Positions 17,589 to 27,232 of a DNA stretch of 64,000 nucleotides are shown here, piece after piece. The position numbers and the translations under genes were made by a program. Source of the stretch: an uncultured bacterium. Lineage in GTDB: Bacteria > Patescibacteriota > Minisyncoccia > Phycocordibacterales > UBA11359. The number at the start of each line of letters is the position of its first letter. Positions within the stretch are counted from its first letter, which is position 1. The stretch spans positions 162,474 through 226,473 of the forward strand of contig CAIKZC010000010.1 in assembly GCA_903831815.1 (NCBI GenBank), written 5' to 3'. The notes beneath the pieces were generated by a model that was not told the origin of the DNA, did not search any database, and saw only the letters and a program-made list of their open reading frames with translations.

Positions 17589-20120
17589 ATGAAAACAAAG
17601 TACAACGTATCGATTTACACAAAATTAACAATGGTTCTGGTTCTTGGTTTATTTTATATTAGTCCGACCTTGGTATTTGGAGCCACAAGTACGCCTGAAA
17701 CCAATCTGGTGCCAAATCCACAAATGTTGAACGCGACTGTTTCGAGCACAACGCCCGACAGTTGGTCACAGGGTCATTATGGAACATCGACCGCTACGTA
17801 TAATTATCCGGTACCCGGACCAAATCCGGGTGACAAAGCGGTGGAAGTTATTCTTTCAAATTATGAAAGTGGTGCCGCGGAATGGTTTTTCCAAAGTGTG
17901 CCAGTGACCGGAGGGTCTCTATATGCCTTTACGGATTCTTACAAATCCGATATTGAAAACTATGTCATAGCGCAGTGGACGATGAGCGATGGGTCGTTGG
18001 CGTATGATGCCATCACGACACTTTCACCAACGAACGGCATTTGGGCTAATACTCCGCAAGAATTGTTTCAAGCTCCCGACAATGCGGTTTCGTTGACGAT
18101 TCTTCACCTTATTCAAAATACCAACGGCACTTTGGATACGACTAATTATTCATTGACTGCATTTACACCAACAGGTCAAGGATCTTTTGCCAAAGCTATG
18201 GTTTCCCTAACATTCGACAACGGCTGGTCATCTCAGTTTAATAACGGCAGACCGATCTTGAACGCTGCACACATGCCGGTAACTTATTACATCATTACTA
18301 ACTCAACCTTGGATGCAACAGCCGGAGTATCGAATAATTTCTTTGACAGCAGTGGAATTTCTACGACTACCACAATCTCTTCTTCAACAGTCAATTGGGG
18401 TGACATTACCAATATAAATAATTTTGGGGCAGTATATACCGATCCGACTTATCAATCGTATATTTTCACCGATACCTACACTTCCTCTACAACGAGTAAT
18501 TTGTTTGTTAAATATTGTTCTGTCACTTTTACCGGAGATTGTCCTGCCGCAAGTGTGACTTCCATGGGTGTCGGAGCACTTCCTGCAGGTAATAACGCGA
18601 CGGCCAATATTTCATTTACATTGCCGACTGTATCGGGCAATACCGTCTCGCCGATAAGTATTTCCCAAGTTTCGGATCAGGGAGAATTGATTACAGCTTC
18701 AAATCCATTTCTGACGGAATCGCAAAGTTTTATGACTGAATCACAACTTCGAACTCTGCAATCGGAAGGAAACCAAATGGATTCACATACCAAAACTCAT
18801 CCGGACTTAAACTTAACAACTCTTGATGTTGCTACTTCAAATGACGAAATCGCTGGCTCGCGCTCGGCACTATTGTCTTTCGGATTGTCGCCGGTTGATG
18901 GATTTGCATATCCATTCGGAAGTTACAATACGACGGTAAAGCAAATGGTTAGCAGTGCGGGGTATACAAATGCCAGAACGGTGGATGTTGGTTTTAATAC
19001 GACTGCCAGCGATCCGTTGATGTTAAAAAGCGAAAGCGTAACGGCATTGACGACATTTGCCACGATCAAATCTTGGATTGATACGGCTATCGCAAATAAA
19101 TTATGGCTAGTCATAACTTTCCACGATGTTGATCCGCAAAATATCATCGATCAAAATAACGAAACGTATGGTGTAACGCCGACTATGCTTCAAAATATCG
19201 TTACATATCTTCAAACTCAAAGCGGTTCGATCGATGTGTTGACTATGGATCAAGCTCTATCGAGGTTGACCGGTACACAACCACCTCCTCTAGTAATACC
19301 GGCAGTAACCATCACTCCTCCAACACTTCCTAATGGAGTCGTCGGAACCCCTTATACTCAAACTTTGACTCCCTCAACGACAGCTACTGGACCATTCACT
19401 TGGACTGTCACATCAGGAGCATTACCGACAAATCTTATTCTCGGTTCAACTTCCGGAATTATCTCCGGGACACCGACAACAACCGGAACTTCGACCTTTA
19501 GTGTTAAAGTTACGAATGGTTCTGCTTCTACGACTCAATCGTTTAGCATAGGTATTAATGCAAGTTCAACTCCACTACCGCCTCCTGTCATTTCTACGAT
19601 TACAATTACTCCAACATCACTTCCTAATGGCAAAGTCGGTTCTGTATACAGTCAATTGTTGACTGCCTCGACTACCGCAACAGGACCATTCACTTGGTCG
19701 CTCTCAGCGGGAGCATTGCCACTAAATCTTTCACTTGGAACAAGCACAGGACTTATTTCCGGAACTTCAACGACAGCGGGAACATCCACATTTAGTGTTA
19801 TGGTCACAAATGGTACAGCGTCTACGACTCAAGCGTTTAGCATAGGCATTAATGCCAGTTCAACATCGTCTACGCCACCACCACCTGTCAAACCACATTC
19901 AGGAGGTACTGGTGGCGGGGGCAGGGTAGGAGGATTTGCGTTCTTGATCAATAGAATTAAGGGAGATCTGAACAATGACGGTAAAATTGATCTATTCGAC
20001 TTTAATCTGCTCATTACAAATTGGGGAAAAATAAACACAAGTATCACGGAAGCTCTAAGTGGAAGTAATGATGCCGTTGGTCTAAAGGACTTCAATACAT
20101 TAATGGTTAACTGGATCTAA
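17589..20120 (+). CDS. Secreted polysaccharide deacetylase (NodB homology domain, split) with two He_PIG-like Ig repeats and a C-terminal dockerin-like module
   Basis: Signal peptide; NodB motifs SLTFDNGWSS and NQMDSHTKTHPDL; two ~95-aa repeats (LPNGxVGxxY...GPFTWxxxxGALPxNL...GTSTFSVxVTNGxASTTQxFSIGINA); C-terminal DLNNDGKIDLFDFNLLITNWGK matches the dockerin Ca-binding repeat DxNxDGxIDxxD. Confidence 0.8.
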   Translation: MKTKYNVSIYTKLTMVLVLGLFYISPTLVFGATSTPETNLVPNPQMLNATVSSTTPDSWSQGHYGTSTATYNYPVPGPNPGDKAVEVILSNYESGAAEWFFQSVPVTGGSLYAFTDSYKSDIENYVIAQWTMSDGSLAYDAITTLSPTNGIWANTPQELFQAPDNAVSLTILHLIQNTNGTLDTTNYSLTAFTPTGQGSFAKAMVSLTFDNGWSSQFNNGRPILNAAHMPVTYYIITNSTLDATAGVSNNFFDSSGISTTTTISSSTVNWGDITNINNFGAVYTDPTYQSYIFTDTYTSSTTSNLFVKYCSVTFTGDCPAASVTSMGVGALPAGNNATANISFTLPTVSGNTVSPISISQVSDQGELITASNPFLTESQSFMTESQLRTLQSEGNQMDSHTKTHPDLNLTTLDVATSNDEIAGSRSALLSFGLSPVDGFAYPFGSYNTTVKQMVSSAGYTNARTVDVGFNTTASDPLMLKSESVTALTTFATIKSWIDTAIANKLWLVITFHDVDPQNIIDQNNETYGVTPTMLQNIVTYLQTQSGSIDVLTMDQALSRLTGTQPPPLVIPAVTITPPTLPNGVVGTPYTQTLTPSTTATGPFTWTVTSGALPTNLILGSTSGIISGTPTTTGTSTFSVKVTNGSASTTQSFSIGINASSTPLPPPVISTITITPTSLPNGKVGSVYSQLLTASTTATGPFTWSLSAGALPLNLSLGTSTGLISGTSTTAGTSTFSVMVTNGTASTTQAFSIGINASSTSSTPPPPVKPHSGGTGGGGRVGGFAFLINRIKGDLNNDGKIDLFDFNLLITNWGKINTSITEALSGSNDAVGLKDFNTLMVNWI

Positions 20121-20126
20121 AAAATT

Positions 20127-20831
20127 ATGAAAAAAATATTATTTTACATGTCGTTGTTTGCGCTCCTTATCCTTCCGGTCGTCTCAAAGGCGGCAACCGT
20201 GTCGGTATCGACATCTGGAAACTATGTAGTTGGTCATACGTATAGCATAAATGTTCTAGTCGATCCGCAACAATCGACCGTATACAGCGCCAAAGTGGTT
20301 GTAAATTTTCCGGCTGATATATTGCGGGTTAGGGGATTCTCTTTTGAAAGCGGTTGGATGCCGTTAAGTCAGACCGGTTACGATTCCATCGATAATACCA
20401 ACGGTATTTTGATCAAAACCGGTGGCCTTCCGGCCGGATTGAGTTCGTCCAAAGTGTTAGGTACTATCACTTTCTATGCAGTTAAGTCCGGGACAGGGAA
20501 TATTTCGGTTGGCAGTGAATCACAATTATTGGATGCAAATAATCTAAATAATTTCACTGCTTCAACGAATATTCCTGTGAATGTTAAAAATGCAGCGGTC
20601 GTTGTGGCGAAAAAAACGGTTGCAGTAACTCAAGCCGTGCTTGCTAATTCAACTACAGTTGCAACTTCTTCAACCATATCAACAACCTCAGCAGTTGAAA
20701 CGCCGACTATAAATTCGATTCAAAACACTGCCGCGGCCGGCAATGCCGGATCAAATTATACTTGGCCGATTGTGATCGGAGTAATCATAGTGCTAATAAT
20801 TATCGGTTTCTTTGTTGGAAGGAAACGATAA
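20127..20831 (+). CDS. Membrane-anchored cohesin-like domain protein (signal peptide + ~150-aa beta domain + C-terminal TM anchor)
   Basis: Signal peptide MKKILFYMSLFALLILPVVSKA. Beta-rich domain resembling cohesin (VSVSTSGNYVVGHTYSINVLVDP...ILIKTGGLPAG...). C-terminal TM WPIVIGVIIVLIIIGFFVGRKR. It lies immediately downstream of a dockerin-bearing gene. Confidence 0.45.
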   Translation: MKKILFYMSLFALLILPVVSKAATVSVSTSGNYVVGHTYSINVLVDPQQSTVYSAKVVVNFPADILRVRGFSFESGWMPLSQTGYDSIDNTNGILIKTGGLPAGLSSSKVLGTITFYAVKSGTGNISVGSESQLLDANNLNNFTASTNIPVNVKNAAVVVAKKTVAVTQAVLANSTTVATSSTISTTSAVETPTINSIQNTAAAGNAGSNYTWPIVIGVIIVLIIIGFFVGRKR

Positions 20832-20854
20832 TAGATAAGAAATTATTATCGATA

Positions 20855-20888
20855 AAAAATACCGACACGTTGTCGGTATTTTTTTAAT
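20855..20888 (+). terminator. Rho-independent terminator (stem AAAAATACCGACA / TGTCGGTATTTTT, T-run)
   Basis: aaaaataccgacacgttgtcggtattttttt. Confidence 0.8.
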
Positions 20889-20916
20889 TTATGTTACAAT
20901 ATATTCAACTATTTAT

Positions 20917-21834
20917 ATGAAACTTAATCCCGTCACAGAGTCGTTACCGCTCAAAGATATTACGATCGATATTAACAATGTTCATATTCTTGGAAACGGA
21001 GCATGGGGGACAGCCTTAAGTAGTTTGGTTTCTCACACGTTACCACATCCCAAAACTTTTGTTCTGGTTGCACCAACCAATGTCCTGCGTGATCTTCTGC
21101 TTAAAATTAAAGATCAAGTCGATAGCGAGACCTTGATTATTAATGCTAGTAAAGGTATTGAATCATTTACCAATAAATTACCGAGTGAAATTGTTGAGGA
21201 AGTTTTAGGTAAAGAGACCAATTATTTTTCGCTTATTGGACCAAGTTTCGCGCAAGAAGTTGTGGAGAAAAATCCTACAATCGTAAATTTGGGGTATTGT
21301 CACGAAAAATATTTAGCGGAAGCTAGAGCGATTTTTGAAACGCCGTATTTTGAAGTTGTGCCGACCAAATGCCTGAAGGCTATTGAAATGATGAGCGCTT
21401 TTAAAAACATTTACGCCATCGGTTGCGGCATGTCCGAAGGATTGGGATACGGCGTCAACACCAGAACTAAATTGATTATTTTGGCTTATCAGGAATTAAA
21501 AAGACTTTTGGTGTCTTTAAAATATGAATATGATCAAACGGCGCAAATAGCCTTTTTGGGCGATTTGGTTTTGACTTGTAGCAGTACGGAAAGTCGCAAT
21601 TTTACATTTGGAAAATTGTTGATTAACAGTTTCGTGGAAAAAAGTTTGGGGGAAGTGGGGCATACGACGGAAGGACTATTTTCCATCGCATCGATCGGTT
21701 TTTTTGAGCAGAAAGCCGGCGTTCAATTGTCTTTGGCCAAGACAATTTACGATATCATTAATGCCAACGTTGAAGGCAACAATCAGAATCTCACCAAAAA
21801 ACTTTTCACCGATTTCATTTTGAATTTGAAATAA
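20917..21834 (+). CDS. gpsA: NAD(P)H-dependent glycerol-3-phosphate dehydrogenase-like protein (divergent)
   Basis: The N-terminus HILGNGAWGTALSSLV (Rossmann GxGxxG), the NASKGIE motif and the GLGYGVNTRTKLI region match GpsA landmarks. Confidence 0.6.
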   Translation: MKLNPVTESLPLKDITIDINNVHILGNGAWGTALSSLVSHTLPHPKTFVLVAPTNVLRDLLLKIKDQVDSETLIINASKGIESFTNKLPSEIVEEVLGKETNYFSLIGPSFAQEVVEKNPTIVNLGYCHEKYLAEARAIFETPYFEVVPTKCLKAIEMMSAFKNIYAIGCGMSEGLGYGVNTRTKLIILAYQELKRLLVSLKYEYDQTAQIAFLGDLVLTCSSTESRNFTFGKLLINSFVEKSLGEVGHTTEGLFSIASIGFFEQKAGVQLSLAKTIYDIINANVEGNNQNLTKKLFTDFILNLK

Positions 21835-21927
21835 AAGTGACTATTTAGGCAACCTTGACTTTCCGTGTCGTTATAATACGATGTAGCAGGACCGTTCTAT
21901 GGTTTTTACAGAAAGGATGAGTGTTCT

Positions 21928-22218
21928 ATGGATAGAAAATCACAGGATAAGATGCCATCATCCAGGATCAATCAGGAAGGGCAACTTGTCATGTCTTCTC
22001 ACCAAGATATGATCAAGAGAATTCTAGAGGCTGCGCGAATTCCATTTCAGACCACCCTGGAAGTCACTTCTTCTAAAGAGGTTATTGTGGTGGACGAAGC
22101 CAACGTTAGATCGGCTCTAAAGGCTATGTTTAACAATGGTAGCGACAGCCTGATCAATTATCTTGATTACGATCTGACCCTGCTCGTTCAAGGTAAATTG
22201 TGTCGGCAACTTGTGTGA
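21928..22218 (+). CDS. Hypothetical small protein (in GC-rich cassette)
   Basis: 96-aa ORF with RBS AAAGGA and a perfect TATAAT ~45 nt upstream, followed by a hairpin (TGTGAGC...GCTCACA). Confidence 0.45.
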   Translation: MDRKSQDKMPSSRINQEGQLVMSSHQDMIKRILEAARIPFQTTLEVTSSKEVIVVDEANVRSALKAMFNNGSDSLINYLDYDLTLLVQGKLCRQLV

Positions 22219-22321
22219 GCTTTTGGTTCTTCGGCTCACATAATAGTATTTTGGGAGAACCAAGAATCGAAAGCTTCACCTATCCTGGGTGCGGCTTTTT
22301 TTTGGTAATTAAATTATAAAA

Positions 22322-22362
22322 TTTAAAATAAAAAGCCGCCGGCCCTGAAAGGGACGGCGGCG
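22322..22362 (-). terminator. Rho-independent terminator for the minus-strand gene (stem GCCGCCGGCCC/GGGACGGCGGC with T-run on minus strand)
   Basis: The reverse complement reads gccgccgtccctttcagggccggcggctttttatttt. Confidence 0.7.
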
Positions 22363-22390
22363 TCTACGCTTACTTTGAGTCACAACAGTG

Positions 22391-23395
22391 TTACTTCACA
22401 ATAATCGCGGAAATCCTCTGAAGCAGTTTCTCCGAATTAGTATTGTAAGTTTTTGAACACTGTACACCCCAGGGGTGCGGCTCGAACTGTTCGACGTCCC
22501 CAAACATCATGGACAGTCTCAAGGAAGGACGACACAGGGTGGCTGGAACCTTCTTGAATCTTCTTCCAACCGGCTGACGTCTTCCAACCAAAACCAACTT
22601 TTCCGCCCCTTTCAAGACGAGGAGTTGGCTGTGTCGTGTGCCCACCCATTGATCCTTTTCAGGATTTAGACGTTCATACATCACTTCAGCCTGAGCGGTC
22701 TTGTCTGCATGGTAGGTAATGATCCCGCCTTTGTTTTGGTAAGCGATACCGCTAGCAAAAGGCATCCATTTGTCACGGTAATCCCACTGCACAGGACTGC
22801 TCCATTTCACGTCCATGTTGACCAGGAATTTGTTTTTCTTTCGATAGCAAACTCCTTCATCAATCGCGAATATTTCATCACCACACGATTCCCATTCGCC
22901 GCGTTCCGGCTCAGCTATCGTCTCAATTAGCGCGATACCTTTCTTGTCGCAAGACAACAAATGAATCCCGTCAGACGCTTCAAACAGGATTTTCCCACTA
23001 GGATGTGGAAGGCTTTTGAAAATCTTGCATGGATGTTGATAGAACAGAACACACGAATTGTCCTTACCAAGATCATAGAAGCAATCATTGAGGTGACCAA
23101 TGAGTTTCCCGTCCAACGGAAGGATTGTACCGTCAAATCGAATGGGACTGTCGGTTACCCCTTTGAACACCTCAATCTCTCGTCCTACTTCACGATCATC
23201 AGTGCTCCATATAAACCAAGAGTTGTCTATATGTATGTGCAAACCGGTTAGCAGAGATTGAGTGGTTTTTTCCACTTTCGGTCCGCAATAAAGCTCTGCA
23301 ACAGCCAGATTCGCCCCCATTTTGAAAGCCTTGGCTGTAGGAACTACTCGCTCCCCGTTTTCATCAGAAATTCTCGTTTGTTGAGTTACGGACAT
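22391..23395 (-). CDS. Hypothetical protein (GC-rich, ~50% GC)
   Basis: 334-aa ORF with strong RBS (AAGGAGGTGGTG before the ATG at 23395) and its own terminator. No recognised domain. Confidence 0.65.
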   Translation of the reverse strand: MSVTQQTRISDENGERVVPTAKAFKMGANLAVAELYCGPKVEKTTQSLLTGLHIHIDNSWFIWSTDDREVGREIEVFKGVTDSPIRFDGTILPLDGKLIGHLNDCFYDLGKDNSCVLFYQHPCKIFKSLPHPSGKILFEASDGIHLLSCDKKGIALIETIAEPERGEWESCGDEIFAIDEGVCYRKKNKFLVNMDVKWSSPVQWDYRDKWMPFASGIAYQNKGGIITYHADKTAQAEVMYERLNPEKDQWVGTRHSQLLVLKGAEKLVLVGRRQPVGRRFKKVPATLCRPSLRLSMMFGDVEQFEPHPWGVQCSKTYNTNSEKLLQRISAIIVK

Positions 23396-23579
23396 TGACC
23401 ACCTCCTTGGGTGTTTGTACGTGTTGTTGAATTGAAAAAATGACTACACAAAAGTGACAGAGAACTAAGGCAATAGAACGATTTCCGTATCGATATTAGC
23501 ATGAGTATGCATTATTTACTAGCTGCGATTTTCAAGGTATAATTATGCAATATTTCAAAAATAATTTTGTCTTAAAATA

Positions 23580-24017
23580 GTGTGCTCTATGGAAAATACA
23601 TCAAAAAATAAAAAAGTCGTGATGGTGAGTGGCGGATTTGATCCGATTCATGTTGGTCACTTGCGCATGTTTGAAGCGGCCAAGAAACTGGGCGACGAAC
23701 TTCTGGTTGTTTTAAATTGCGATCGTTGGCTCGTCAAGAAAAAAGGCAAAAATTTTATGCATTCAGCCGATCGTGCGGAAATTATCAAAGGATTTAGATG
23801 TGTCGATAGGGTCTATGTTCTGGAAACGGAACGAATGGATGTCGGCGAGGCGATAGAACTTTTTAAACCGGCGATTTTTGCCAACGGCGGCGATCGTTTA
23901 CTTGATAATATTCCCGAAGTACAGATTTGTAAAAAACTTGGAATTGAAATGGTCTTTAACGTTGGTGGAGACAAAGTTCGCAGTTCTTCGGAACTTTTGA
24001 AAAAATATCACAGCTAG
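23580..24017 (+). CDS. Cytidylyl/adenylyltransferase-like nucleotidyltransferase (HldE/RfaE domain II-like)
   Basis: VVMVSGGFDPIHVGHLRMFEAAKKLGDELLVVLNCDRWLVKKKG closely parallels the GCFDxLHxGH core of heptose-1-phosphate adenylyltransferase and glycerol-3-P cytidylyltransferase. Start is GTG 23580 or ATG 23589. Confidence 0.7.
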   Translation: MCSMENTSKNKKVVMVSGGFDPIHVGHLRMFEAAKKLGDELLVVLNCDRWLVKKKGKNFMHSADRAEIIKGFRCVDRVYVLETERMDVGEAIELFKPAIFANGGDRLLDNIPEVQICKKLGIEMVFNVGGDKVRSSSELLKKYHS

Positions 24018-24062
24018 GTAAAGCTAAAAAAGAAATTTTTTTTCGTTTAATTTTTTTATTTT

Positions 24063-24329
24063 GTGTCATATTACGTATACATACTTGAATGTGCAGATAA
24101 AACTTTTTACATCGGTTCGACTAACAATTTGGAAAAAAGATTGGTGGTTCATAATTTTTCAAAAGCCGGCGCAAAATATACCAAGGCTCGCCGACCTGTC
24201 GTATTGAAATATTCTGAAAATTTAAAAACCAAAAGTCGAGCGCTTAAAAGAGAATATACACTTAAACAACTGACTAGAACAGAGAAAATGGCCCTAATGA
24301 AGGGCGCTATTTTAAGGGGTAAAAAATGA
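24063..24329 (+). CDS. GIY-YIG nuclease family small protein (UPF0213-like), GTG start
   Basis: YVYILECADKTFYIGSTNNLEKRLVVHN is the GIY-YIG signature; 88 aa. Confidence 0.75.
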   Translation: MSYYVYILECADKTFYIGSTNNLEKRLVVHNFSKAGAKYTKARRPVVLKYSENLKTKSRALKREYTLKQLTRTEKMALMKGAILRGKK

Positions 24330-24343
24330 TATAATGTCATTAT

Positions 24344-25720
24344 ATGAACGAAGGTCCGACTATTTTCGTAATATTCGGTGTTACCGGTGATTTAAGTCAG
24401 CGTAAGTTACTGCCGGCTCTTTTTAGTCTATTTGCTCATAATTTATTGCCCAAAAAGTTTTCGATTGTTGGATTTTCCAGAAGGGAATGGAAACACGGCG
24501 ATCTCCACTTTTTTATTGAAAATGTTTTGAAAGAAAGAAAAATAAATTTTGATGGTTGGAACTTAGTGGAAAATGACTCGACAAAATTAATAAAAGATTT
24601 TTTGTCACACGTTGAATATGCCAAGGGTATTTTTGATGATCCCACCGCTTATGTTAATTTAAAACAACAACTTGACAAAATTGAACAGAAATTTGGACAA
24701 TGTAGCAACAAATTATTGTATTTTGCCGTTTCGCCGGTTTTTTATGAAATAATATTTGAAAATCTGTCGAAGTCTGGTTTGAATATTCCTTGTGGTGGAG
24801 AACTTGGTTGGACGCGTGTGCTGGTCGAAAAACCTTTTGGTAAAGATACTGAAACGGCGCAAAAATTGGAGGATCAGTTGTCGCGAATTTTTAAAGAGCC
24901 TCAAATCTTTCGCATCGATCATTATTTGGCCAAAGAAACGGTTCAGAATATTTTGGCTTTTCGTTTTGCTAACTCGATGTTTGAGCCGATTTGGAATGCC
25001 GGAGCCATAGAAAAAGTTCATATTCAAGTTCTGGAAAAAAATGGTGTTGGAGATCGCGGCGATTTTTATGACGGCGTCGGTGCACTCCGCGATGTCGGCC
25101 AAAATCATATTTTGCAGATGCTTGCGATCATCGCCATGGATAAACCTTTAACGATGCAGGGTGATGATGTCCGAAAAATGCGTGCAAATATTTTAAGGAA
25201 ATTAGTTTTCACGAAAAACGATCAGGTTTTTCGCGGACAATACAAAGGTTTTTTAAGTGAAAAAGGCGTGTCTCCGGATTCGCAAACCGAAACGTATTTT
25301 AAATTACCTGCATATGTCGGTACAAAACGTTGGAAAAATATTCCATTTATATTGGAAAGCGGTAAAGGTATGAAAGAATCCAAAGCTGAAATATCCGTTT
25401 ATTTTAAGCGACTCGATTGTGCCGCGCAAAACGTCGTTCGATTCAGAATTCAACCGAATGAAGGAATAGAGATTGATCTATGGGTCAAAAAACCCGGATT
25501 TGAGAATGAATTTCAGCAAAAAGTTTTGTCATTTTCCTATGAAGCTTCAAAATTTGAAAATGAAGTTCCGGATGCATACGAGCGCGTGCTTTTTGATTGT
25601 GTGCGCGGCGATCAAACTTTGTTTGCCTCAACCGACGAAGTAAGGTATTCTTGGAAATTCATTACGCCAATATTGCGTGAATGGCAAAAGTTACCGCTGA
25701 CTCAATATGAAAATAAATAA
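24344..25720 (+). CDS. zwf: Glucose-6-phosphate 1-dehydrogenase
   Basis: IFGVTGDLSQRKLLPALF N-terminal NADP-binding motif, RIDHYLAKE catalytic motif; 458 aa. Confidence 0.9.
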   Translation: MNEGPTIFVIFGVTGDLSQRKLLPALFSLFAHNLLPKKFSIVGFSRREWKHGDLHFFIENVLKERKINFDGWNLVENDSTKLIKDFLSHVEYAKGIFDDPTAYVNLKQQLDKIEQKFGQCSNKLLYFAVSPVFYEIIFENLSKSGLNIPCGGELGWTRVLVEKPFGKDTETAQKLEDQLSRIFKEPQIFRIDHYLAKETVQNILAFRFANSMFEPIWNAGAIEKVHIQVLEKNGVGDRGDFYDGVGALRDVGQNHILQMLAIIAMDKPLTMQGDDVRKMRANILRKLVFTKNDQVFRGQYKGFLSEKGVSPDSQTETYFKLPAYVGTKRWKNIPFILESGKGMKESKAEISVYFKRLDCAAQNVVRFRIQPNEGIEIDLWVKKPGFENEFQQKVLSFSYEASKFENEVPDAYERVLFDCVRGDQTLFASTDEVRYSWKFITPILREWQKLPLTQYENK

Positions 25721-26456
25721 AATTTCAAAAGAGCGATTGATGTTTGAAACCGCAAAAGCGATTTCGGCGATCTTGGAAAAAGAACAAGATAAGGACATTT
25801 TGTTGCTGTTGGCTGGCGGTTCAGCTTTTTCCGTTTATGATGCGATTTTGCCACAATGGATTTCTAGTCACGTGACTATTGCGATGACTGATGATCGTTT
25901 TAGTCGAGATATGGATGTTAATAATTCACATATTTTGCAGGCGACGGATTTTTATAACGAGTGTATTAACGCCGATGCCTATTATATCTCGACGGAAGTT
26001 TGGAATGAAGAAAAACCGGAGGAATTAGCGAAACGCTTTGAATACGGTTTGAGACAATGGCGTGAGGAATTTCCAAAAGGTGTGGTTATCGCCATATTTG
26101 GTATTGGGGAGGACGGCCATACATGCGGAATGATTCCGTGTGCGGGAAAATCTGCTGAAGATGCCAAATTTATTGGAAAAAGTGACGACAAAGAAAAAAC
26201 TTTTTCCGAACTATTTGAAAATGAAGGGAAATGGGTAGTGGGTTACACGACACCAAACAACGAGTATGCCGAACGTATCACTATCACTATGCCCTTTATT
26301 CGAAACAATGTAGATTATGCCGTGGCTTTTATTTCCGGTGAGAAAAAACACGAGGTCTTTGATCGGCTGATCGCCGATAAGGGAAGTCTTGATTTGACAC
26401 CGGCGCGAATTTTGAGAGAATTAAAAAACGTCGAAATTTTTACGGATATAATTTAA
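25707..26456 (+). CDS. pgl: 6-phosphogluconolactonase (glucosamine-6-P isomerase/Pgl family)
   Basis: LLLAGGSAFSVYDAIL matches the GGS(T) motif of the NagB/Pgl fold. The gene overlaps the 3' end of zwf, a typical zwf-pgl arrangement. Confidence 0.55.
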   Translation: MKINKISKERLMFETAKAISAILEKEQDKDILLLLAGGSAFSVYDAILPQWISSHVTIAMTDDRFSRDMDVNNSHILQATDFYNECINADAYYISTEVWNEEKPEELAKRFEYGLRQWREEFPKGVVIAIFGIGEDGHTCGMIPCAGKSAEDAKFIGKSDDKEKTFSELFENEGKWVVGYTTPNNEYAERITITMPFIRNNVDYAVAFISGEKKHEVFDRLIADKGSLDLTPARILRELKNVEIFTDII

Positions 26457-26484
26457 AAAATAATTAAAAATTAAATTCAAATTT

Positions 26485-26709
26485 ATGGGACTTAAAGACA
26501 TGCTGATGAAAAAAATGTTGCAAAGCAAAATGAAAGATGTGCCGAAAGAACAGCAAGATAAGATTTTTTCAATGATTGAGAAAAACCCGGATTTTTTTCA
26601 GAAAGTTGCCGTAGAAGTTCAAGAAAAAATCAAACAAGGCAAGGATCAAATGTCTGCAACTATGGAGGTAATGTCCCAGTATCAAGACGAGCTGAAAGGG
26701 ATGTTGTAA
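26485..26709 (+). CDS. Hypothetical small charged protein
   Basis: 74-aa Lys/Glu/Gln-rich ORF; no signals beyond the ORF. Confidence 0.4.
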   Translation: MGLKDMLMKKMLQSKMKDVPKEQQDKIFSMIEKNPDFFQKVAVEVQEKIKQGKDQMSATMEVMSQYQDELKGML

Positions 26710-26836
26710 ATGTGAAATTGAATATTAAATTACAACACTTTTTAGTATTGCAAAAAGAGAAATTTGTGCTATTATATGGACATAAAGGTGCTTGAAAGCA
26801 CTTTTTTGTTCTTTTATGACAAGGAGGTTGGGTTTC

Positions 26837-27088
26837 GTGATTTCGGAAGAATGGTCAAATGCCAAAACGTTCTCTCTTGTTACAGCTCAGTTTGTGCTGT
26901 ATTACAATGTGTTGTGGACTAGTGTGAGTAAGGAAGAGAAGGATTTGTACAGGGCGCTCATTGAACGACTCAAATGGCGTGCATCTCATGATGAAGCTCA
27001 AATCATGGATTTGTACGCTGATTTCTGCGATAAGTTTTGCATGAAATTCCCGCACATGCCCCCAATGATCGGTGAAATTGCAGCTTAA
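26837..27088 (+). CDS. Hypothetical small protein (GTG start after AGGAGG RBS; ORF-track start 26792)
   Basis: AGGAGG lies 9 nt upstream of GTG 26837; ~84 aa. Confidence 0.4.
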   Translation: MISEEWSNAKTFSLVTAQFVLYYNVLWTSVSKEEKDLYRALIERLKWRASHDEAQIMDLYADFCDKFCMKFPHMPPMIGEIAA

Positions 27089-27232
27089 TAAGTTTGCGAT
27101 AAGCCAACTCGACGTCGATTGCTTTTCAGCTTTCGGCGTTTTTTTATTTAACGAGCATGGTCTTTCAGGTGTGGATAACTTTGAATATTTTTTATATACA
27201 GTGAATGTTAATTTTGATAAAATGTAGGCAAT

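Noticed and set aside
22274-22303. Possible + strand terminator (CACC...GGTG + T9) after the 96-aa ORF
   Set aside because: The stem is only 4 bp. The nearby TGTGAGC/GCTCACA hairpin (22214-22240) is stronger but lacks a clean U-run. Both are noted in the evidence but are too weak for a confident call.
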